Of a stretch of 64,000 nucleotides of DNA, positions 58,393 to 64,000 are shown piece by piece. A model generated the notes under the pieces. The model searched no databases. It had not been told where the DNA came from and worked only from the letters and a program-made list of their open reading frames with translations. Where the stretch lies: positions 1,574,583-1,638,582 of the forward strand of contig CBDCVC010000002.1 in NCBI GenBank assembly GCA_965222875.1, in the 5' to 3' direction. The position numbers and the translations under genes were made by a program. The DNA comes from Candidatus Multivorans sp. GTDB taxonomy: Bacteria; Acidobacteriota; Thermoanaerobaculia; Multivoradales; Multivoraceae. The number at the start of each line of letters is the position of its first letter. Position 1 is the stretch's first letter.

Positions 58393-59031
58393 TCAACGGC
58401 CCTTCAAGAGATCCAGGAACTCCTCCCGGATCGGCCGTTCGTGGAAGATGCCCCGGAGCGCGGACGTGACCGTCATGGCGCCGGACTTCTCGACGCCGCG
58501 CATCTCGACACAGAGGTGACGGGCCTCGATCACGACCATCGCGCCGGGCGGCCGGAGTTCCTCTTCGAGGAAGCTGACCACCTGCTCGGTGAGCCGCTCC
58601 TGGAGCTGCGGCCGCTTGGCGTAGAACTCGAGAATGCGCGCAAACTTGGACAGCCCCAGGATCTTGTCGCCCGGCACGTAGGCGATGTGCGCGTGGCCGT
58701 AGAAGGGCACCAGGTGATGCGAACACATGGAGTAGAAGGGGATGTCCTTCTCCATGACCATGGCGCGGTAGTTCTCGTCGTTCGGGAAGGTCGTGACGCG
58801 CGGTTGCGACCCTTGGTCGAGACCGCGGAACATCTCCAGGTACATTCTGGCCACCCGCTCGTGGGTGGTGCGCAGATTCGGGTCGTCCAGATCGAGGCCG
58901 AGTTCGACGAGCATGTCCCGAACGCGCTCCGCGAGACGCTTCACCCGCTCGGCGTCCGGGGTCGCCGCCGCAAGCTCCTGCTGCCTCCGCTCGCGTGCCG
59001 CAATCGTCTCGACGGGCTCCAAGACACGCAT
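58393..59031 (-). CDS. folE: GTP cyclohydrolase I FolE
   Basis: 212 aa with the CSHHLVPF, HAHIAYVP and VIEARHLCVEMRGV signatures. Confidence 0.9.
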   Translation of the reverse strand: MRVLEPVETIAARERRQQELAAATPDAERVKRLAERVRDMLVELGLDLDDPNLRTTHERVARMYLEMFRGLDQGSQPRVTTFPNDENYRAMVMEKDIPFYSMCSHHLVPFYGHAHIAYVPGDKILGLSKFARILEFYAKRPQLQERLTEQVVSFLEEELRPPGAMVVIEARHLCVEMRGVEKSGAMTVTSALRGIFHERPIREEFLDLLKGR

Positions 59032-59082
59032 TGGCGCATGCTACCGTAGGCCGCTCCAGACAACTACGGAGCTGAGCTTCAA

Positions 59083-59310
59083 ATGAGCCGAGTCACGATC
59101 GAATACTGCGTGATGTGAAACTACCGCCCCCGAGCCGCCGGTCTGGCGGCTCAGTTGAAGGAGCGGTTCGACCTCGATTCGGAGCTCGTGGACGGCAGCG
59201 GCGGCGTCTTCGAGGTCGCCGTCGACGGCCGGCCCGTGTTCTCGAAGAAGCAGCTTGGCCGCTTCCCCGACAACGGCGAGGTCGAAACCGCGGTCGCGGA
59301 CCTGCTGTAG
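59083..59310 (+). CDS. selW: SelW/Rdx-family selenoprotein (75 aa) with in-frame TGA (Sec) at 59116-59118
   Basis: MSRVTIEYCVM[U]NYRPRAAGLAAQLKERFDLDSELVDGSGGVFEVAVDGRPVFSKKQLGRFPDNGEVETAVADLL*. It has a CxxU redox motif and the Rdx-fold motif GGxFEVxVDG…FSK…GRFP. It is absent from the ORF track because of the TGA. Confidence 0.75.
59132..59152 (+). promoter_or_regulatory. SECIS-like hairpin (gagccgcc-ggtct-ggcggctc) 13 nt downstream of the UGA
   Basis: Perfect 8-bp stem with a GGUCU apical loop at the distance typical of bacterial SECIS elements. Confidence 0.5.
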
Positions 59311-59404
59311 AGCCGCCAACGGCTCTCTTCGTGTCGTTCTGCGGTGCAGCCGACGCCGAAGCGCCAGTCCGAAGACCGGCCGCCGGCCCGCCGGATCCAG
59401 GCCG

Positions 59405-59680
59405 CTAGGCCGATTCGCCGATCGACTCGAAGTCGAGCCGGCCGGCGGGGTCGGCGTCGGCCGGGAAGAGGAAGTCCTTCATGTGGCGGGAGAGGGTCGC
59501 CTGGGCTTCGGGTTCCATGAAGTTCAGGCGCAGTTCGTTGATCACCTTGATCTCCATCGCCATCCATTCGTCCCAGCAGCCGGAGCAGACGCGGGCGGCA
59601 ATGTCCTCGCCGAGGGAACCGGGAAACGGCGGATCGCCCAGGGCTTCGCGTTCCTGGCCGCAGCGTGCGCAGACGATCAT
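59405..59680 (-). CDS. yggX: Fe(II)-trafficking / oxidative-damage protection protein YggX
   Basis: 91 aa. MIVCARCGQEREAL…FPGSLGEDIAARV…EWMAMEIKVINELRLNFMEPEA… matches the YggX family. Confidence 0.8.
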   Translation of the reverse strand: MIVCARCGQEREALGDPPFPGSLGEDIAARVCSGCWDEWMAMEIKVINELRLNFMEPEAQATLSRHMKDFLFPADADPAGRLDFESIGESA

Positions 59681-60837
59681 CGGTCCTCCTCGGACGGTCC
59701 CGACCCGGCGTCCGGGGCCGCGTCCTGTGCGTCCTTGTAGCGCTTCTTGATCCCCGCCTTCTGGCGGTTGCGGACCAGCCAGCGCAGCAGCTTCGATTCG
59801 TTGATGCCGACCACGAGATCGTCGAGCGCCTCGTAGATCGCGGGATCGTTGATCAACTTGGCCGCGGTGCCGTCGCCTTCGGACACCTGCTCAAGCGTGG
59901 AGTTCAGGCGCTTGAGGAGTTGCTCCACCTCGGTTGTCAGCGATTCGCTGAGTTCCTCGTCGTTCAGCAGCCGGGGCAGCAGCCCGTCGGCGTCCCGCAG
60001 GTCCGCGGCGATGGCGCGCAGATCGGCGGCGGCGACCTCCGTGTCGGCCATGGTCGATTCGAACCGGGTCTTCAGTTCGGCGTCGTGGAGCAGCGCCGGC
60101 GCCAGACCGTCACCTTCCCGCAGCAGGGTCAGGGTCTCCTCGATGTGGTCCAGGGACGAAGCGAGCTGGTCGCCCATCTCCTCGTCCGTCAGCAGGCGGC
60201 CGAGCAGTCCGTCGCCTGCCTCGACCTGGTTGGTCAGGCGTTCGACCGATTCCAGGGTACGGATCACCGTGTCGGTGATCCGCTTGTCCTCGCGTTCGGC
60301 GACCAGCTCGCCGAGCAGCCCTTCGCCCCGCTCCATGCGGGCCAGGATGGTCGACAGAGACTGCGCGGTGGAGACCACGTAGTCGACCACGTCGGCGCCA
60401 CTGGCAATCAGGTCGTCGACATCGGTGGGCAGGGCGGCGGGGATCTCTTCGCCCGGGTTGAGGAGCACCGCGCCGGGGGAGCCCGAGGTGATCTCGACGT
60501 ACTTGTCGCCGAGCAGTCCCAGGGTCTTGATCCTGGCCAGGGAGTCGCGGCGCAGCCGATTCGCGTACCGGCGTTCGACGCTGATCCGCACTTCCAGCAA
60601 TTCGCTTTCCGGCCGCTCGCTCAGCAGGATGCGGTCCACCTTTCCGACGGTGACGCCGTTCAACTGGACCGGGTTGTCCTCCGCCAGGCCGGCGGCGGTG
60701 GGGAACATGATGCGGTAGGTGTTGCTGGCACGGAACAGGAAGCTCTGATCGCCGATGGCGAGGATGAAGCCGGCCAGGACGATGAGCGCGCCCAGCACGG
60801 TCAGGCCCACCTTGGCTGTGTTGGAATCACGCTGCAT
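59677..60837 (-). CDS. mlaD: MlaD / MCE-family lipid-transport substrate-binding protein
   Basis: N-terminal transmembrane helix and an MCE domain (LNGVTVGKVDRI…). Long helical C-terminal extension. Confidence 0.8.
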   Translation of the reverse strand: MQRDSNTAKVGLTVLGALIVLAGFILAIGDQSFLFRASNTYRIMFPTAAGLAEDNPVQLNGVTVGKVDRILLSERPESELLEVRISVERRYANRLRRDSLARIKTLGLLGDKYVEITSGSPGAVLLNPGEEIPAALPTDVDDLIASGADVVDYVVSTAQSLSTILARMERGEGLLGELVAEREDKRITDTVIRTLESVERLTNQVEAGDGLLGRLLTDEEMGDQLASSLDHIEETLTLLREGDGLAPALLHDAELKTRFESTMADTEVAAADLRAIAADLRDADGLLPRLLNDEELSESLTTEVEQLLKRLNSTLEQVSEGDGTAAKLINDPAIYEALDDLVVGINESKLLRWLVRNRQKAGIKKRYKDAQDAAPDAGSGPSEEDR

Positions 60838-61627
60838 CGATGTCCTCCTCTGCGGACGGTTGTCGACCTTCCAGGAACGCCCTGAGCGCCGGGTCCGAGC
60901 TTCGTTCGGCCTGCTCCCAGGCGCCGATGAAGCGGAACCGGCCTCCGTCCAAGAGAGCTACCCGGTCGCCCACGTCGCGGGCCAGCCGCAGGTCGTGAGT
61001 CACGACGACGGAAGTGGTGCCGAACTCGCCCTGGGTGTTTCGGATCAGGCTGGAGATCGTCGCCGAGGTGACGGGATCGAGGCCCGCCGTCGGCTCGTCG
61101 AAGAGGACGACCTCGGGTTTCAGGACCAGGGAGCGAGCGAGCGCGACCCGCTTCTTCATGCCGCCGGACAGGGCTGCCGGCATGCGGTCTTCGATCCCGG
61201 ACAAGCCCACCCACGCCAGGGCGCCGGCCACGCGCTCGCGGATCTCCTCCTCGCTCAACCGGTCGTGCTCGCGGAGAGGGAAGGCGACGTTCTCGAGCAC
61301 GTCGATCGAGTCGAAGAGGGCCGCCGACTGGAACAGCATCGCGATCCGGCGCCGCAGCGGGTACAACTGCCGTTCGGTCAACTGGACGAGATCCGTTCCC
61401 TCGAACAGCACCGCGCCGGCCTCGGCGTCGTCGAGTCCGTTGAGCTGCCGCAGGGTGAGGCTCTTGCCGGAACCGGAGCGGCCGAGGACAACCAGACACT
61501 CGCCGCGCATGACCTCGAAATCCAGGTTGTCGATGACGGCGCGGTCGCCGAATCGACGGCAGAGCCCGCGGACGACATAGAGCGCTTGGCCGTGGCTGGG
61601 TTGCGCCCGCTGGTCAGGCGAGGACAT
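60827..61627 (-). CDS. mlaF: MlaF-like ABC transporter ATP-binding protein
   Basis: Walker A GRSGSGKS, signature LSGGMKKRVALAR and Walker B VLFDEPTAGLD. Confidence 0.85.
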   Translation of the reverse strand: MSSPDQRAQPSHGQALYVVRGLCRRFGDRAVIDNLDFEVMRGECLVVLGRSGSGKSLTLRQLNGLDDAEAGAVLFEGTDLVQLTERQLYPLRRRIAMLFQSAALFDSIDVLENVAFPLREHDRLSEEEIRERVAGALAWVGLSGIEDRMPAALSGGMKKRVALARSLVLKPEVVLFDEPTAGLDPVTSATISSLIRNTQGEFGTTSVVVTHDLRLARDVGDRVALLDGGRFRFIGAWEQAERSSDPALRAFLEGRQPSAEEDIDAA

Positions 61628-62393
61628 GAAACAGCTTGGTCAGAAAAAAGTCAGACACCAGCACCATGATCGATGCCCAGACGACGGTTCTGGTGGTGGC
61701 GCGCCCCACCCCAGCGGCGCCGCCGGTAGCGTTCAGGCCGTTGTAGCAGCCGATGACGGCGATGAAACAGGCGAAGAACACCGACTTGCCCAGCCCGTTC
61801 AGGACGTCGCCTAGGGTCAGGGCCTGGAGGACGTCGTTGACGTAGAGGCCGTAGGACAGGTTCAACTGGTTCGTGGCGATGAACAGGCCGCCGAGGATGC
61901 CCAGGAAGTCGCCCAGGATGGTGAGCACGGGCAGCATGATCAGGCTGGCGGCGAGTTTCGGCGCCACCAGTTTCTTGACCGGATCGGCTGCCATGGAGCG
62001 CATCGCGTCGACCTGCTCGGTGACCTTCATCGTGCCCAGTTCCGCGGTCATGCCGGAACCGATCCGACCGCCTACGATGAGCGCGACGAGTACCGGTCCG
62101 AGTTCCCGGGTCAGCGACTTGGAGACCACGCTGCCGATGTAGTACTTGACCCCCAGCTCGGGCAGGCTGTACGCGGTCTGCAGAGCCAATACCATGCCGG
62201 TGAACAGGGTGGTGATCGCGGCCACGCCGAGCGAGCTGACGCCGAGATGTTCCATCTGATGAAGCCATGACCGGAACTCGTAAGGTGGTCTGACCAGGGC
62301 CGTCAGACCTCTGCCGGCCAGCAGCGACACCGCGCCGACATGGCGCAGCGGGGCCGCAAAATCGAACAGAATCTTGTGTGCAACCTGTTGCAT
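61614..62393 (-). CDS. mlaE: MlaE-like ABC transporter permease
   Basis: Polytopic membrane protein with conserved MlaE segments (EQVDAMRSMAADP, GVGRATTRTVV). The start is set at MQQVAHK. Confidence 0.85.
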   Translation of the reverse strand: MQQVAHKILFDFAAPLRHVGAVSLLAGRGLTALVRPPYEFRSWLHQMEHLGVSSLGVAAITTLFTGMVLALQTAYSLPELGVKYYIGSVVSKSLTRELGPVLVALIVGGRIGSGMTAELGTMKVTEQVDAMRSMAADPVKKLVAPKLAASLIMLPVLTILGDFLGILGGLFIATNQLNLSYGLYVNDVLQALTLGDVLNGLGKSVFFACFIAVIGCYNGLNATGGAAGVGRATTRTVVWASIMVLVSDFFLTKLFHVLA

Positions 62394-62470
62394 CAGCCCG
62401 CGGGGCAACTATCTTCGCGCGTGTCGTGCTCGTGGCGCGTGCTTGGTGTTAGCTTCCCCTCCTGACAGCG

Positions 62471-63355
62471 TTGAGCAGAACCTTGTCGAACCGGAATCCT
62501 ACCGCCGCAGGCTCGGAACATGGCCCGAGCTCGTACTTGGGCGAGGCATCGCGCCTGGTGGAGGGGAAGGCCCCTGGGCCGTCGTCGTCGCAGCCGCCGG
62601 TGTGGGCGGTGGCGGTGGCAACCGTTACCGGCAACCTGTACCTGGTCTTCGGCAGCGCCGTGATGGGGGTTGCCACGGCCATCGGCTCCTGGCTGCCAGG
62701 CCGTGACTGGGCTGGATTGATGGCGCGGCTCTGGGCTCGGGGGCTGCTCGTGGCGGGCGGCGTCCGTCTGCGCCTCAACTACGCGGGCGGCGACCACGCG
62801 GCCTGGCGCGCGGCAACCGACGGCCGTCCTCTGGTGTACATGGCAAACCACAGGAGCCTGTACGACGTTGCGGCCCTGCTCGCGATTCTGGACTCGCCGG
62901 TGCGCTTCCTGACCAAGCGCAGCCTGTTCCGGGTTCCGGGTTTCGGCTGGGGTCTCAGGGCGGCGGGATTCGTCCAGGTCGATCGCGACGACCGGAGCCG
63001 CGCCGGCGAAACGTTCGCCGCGGCCTCGAAGTTGCTGGCCGGGGGAATTTCCGTGGCCGTGTTCCCTGAAGAAACCCGTAGTTCCGGTCCCCGGATGAGG
63101 CCGTTCAAGAGCGGCGGGTTCCTGCTGGCTCTCAAGGGGCGGGCCCTGGTCGCTCCGATCGGCATCCGGGGCACCGGGCGCATCCGGCGCAAGGGAGCGC
63201 TGGTCGTGCGGCCGGCCACCGTCGATGTGTCCTTCGACGAGGTGCTCGACCCGGCGAGCGTGGGAGTGCGGGGGCGGCGGACGTTCATGCAGGACGTCGA
63301 GCGGCGCGTTGGCCGGTTGGCGGGTCTTGAGACAGTGGGAGAAGGCGATGGCTGA
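62471..63355 (+). CDS. plsC: 1-acyl-sn-glycerol-3-phosphate acyltransferase (PlsC family)
   Basis: HX4D motif (MANHRSLYD) and FPEETRS / PIGIRG acyltransferase blocks. The exact start is uncertain. Confidence 0.7.
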   Translation: MSRTLSNRNPTAAGSEHGPSSYLGEASRLVEGKAPGPSSSQPPVWAVAVATVTGNLYLVFGSAVMGVATAIGSWLPGRDWAGLMARLWARGLLVAGGVRLRLNYAGGDHAAWRAATDGRPLVYMANHRSLYDVAALLAILDSPVRFLTKRSLFRVPGFGWGLRAAGFVQVDRDDRSRAGETFAAASKLLAGGISVAVFPEETRSSGPRMRPFKSGGFLLALKGRALVAPIGIRGTGRIRRKGALVVRPATVDVSFDEVLDPASVGVRGRRTFMQDVERRVGRLAGLETVGEGDG

Positions 63356-64000
63356 AGCGATCGAGAACAGGGTCCGCGAGTGCCTCCGGACGATCACCTT
63401 CCCGGGCATGAAACGGGACATCGTCTCATTCGGTTTCGTGCAACGGGTCGGCGTGAGCGGTGGCGACGTGGTGGTCGATCTGCGTGTGCCGACCCGTGAC
63501 GCCGGCGCCGCCAGGGAGATCCGGCGCCGCATCGTCGATGCCGTGGGCTCGCTCGACGGCATTGCGAACGTGCAGGTATCGCTGGAAGTGGCGACGGCGC
63601 CCGCGCCGGCTACGGCGCGCGACCCCTCCCTGCTGCCGGGGGTCTCCCACGTCGTGGCGGTGGCGAGCGGGAAGGGCGGCGTCGGCAAATCGACCGTGGC
63701 CACGAACCTGAGCGCGGCGATGGCGGCCGCCGGGCTGCGGGTGGGACTGCTCGACGCGGACATCTACGGTCCCTCCATCCCGTTGATGTTCGGCATCAAC
63801 CGCCGGCCCGAGATCGTCGCCGGCAAGATTCAGCCCTTCGAGCGCCACGGCGTGCGCGTCATGTCGCTCGGCTTCCTCCTCGATCCGGATACGCCGGTGA
63901 TCTGGCGGGGGCCGATGGTGATGAAGGCGCTCGGCCAACTGCTGGGGGACGTGGACTGGGGCGAACTCGACTACCTGCTGCTCGACCTGCCTCCCGGTAC
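63348..64000 (+). CDS. apbC: Mrp/NBP35/ApbC-family Fe-S cluster carrier ATPase with N-terminal MIP18 (DUF59) domain, 3'-partial
   Basis: N-terminal DUF59-like segment, then VAVASGKGGVGKST (a deviant Walker A). The ORF runs off the window end. Confidence 0.85.
   Translation, partial: MAEAIENRVRECLRTITFPGMKRDIVSFGFVQRVGVSGGDVVVDLRVPTRDAGAAREIRRRIVDAVGSLDGIANVQVSLEVATAPAPATARDPSLLPGVSHVVAVASGKGGVGKSTVATNLSAAMAAAGLRVGLLDADIYGPSIPLMFGINRRPEIVAGKIQPFERHGVRVMSLGFLLDPDTPVIWRGPMVMKALGQLLGDVDWGELDYLLLDLPPG

Overview
High-GC (~70%) bacterial chromosomal window, dense with housekeeping genes on both strands. The housekeeping set includes acyl-CoA carboxylase beta subunit, bifunctional ATP sulfurylase/APS kinase, B12-dependent MetH, HflK/HflC, NupC, glutaryl-CoA dehydrogenase, GlpX, Dcd, an RsbW/RsbV-like pair, MazG, DnaK-HspR, SpoIID, MeaB, CarA/CarB, methylmalonyl-CoA mutase catalytic domain, class II RNR NrdJ, RlmD, QueD, FolE, YggX, MlaDEF, PlsC and Mrp/ApbC. 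These are interspersed with accessory or degraded segments:
(1) a VapC(PIN)/Phd-type toxin-antitoxin (TA) pair flanked by a 71-bp duplicated internal fragment of the neighbouring ABC-F gene;
(2) an IS630-family insertion sequence with an A8 slippery -1 frameshift site, next to a 97-bp duplicated 3' fragment of a secreted leucine-rich-repeat (LRR) protein gene;
(3) a Doc/AbrB-type TA pair beside a LuxC/LuxE acyl-reductase pair and a DinG/XPD helicase carrying an N-terminal RecB-like nuclease domain;
(4) truncated remnants of methylmalonyl-CoA epimerase, a Dph6-like PP-loop ATPase and an AraC regulator;
(5) an IS1634-family element whose inverted repeat recurs about 2.9 kb downstream with a matching 6-bp flank (TGGCGC), suggesting a ~4.9 kb unit carrying lower-GC cargo genes (a CarboxypepD_reg-like repeat protein and a PDZ protein);
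(6) an unannotated SelW/Rdx-like selenoprotein gene with an in-frame TGA (CxxU motif) followed by a SECIS-like hairpin;
(7) an apparent +1 frameshift in metH at a G5 run.
No rRNA, tRNA or CRISPR arrays were seen. Most long antisense ORFs in the six-frame track are high-GC artefacts.
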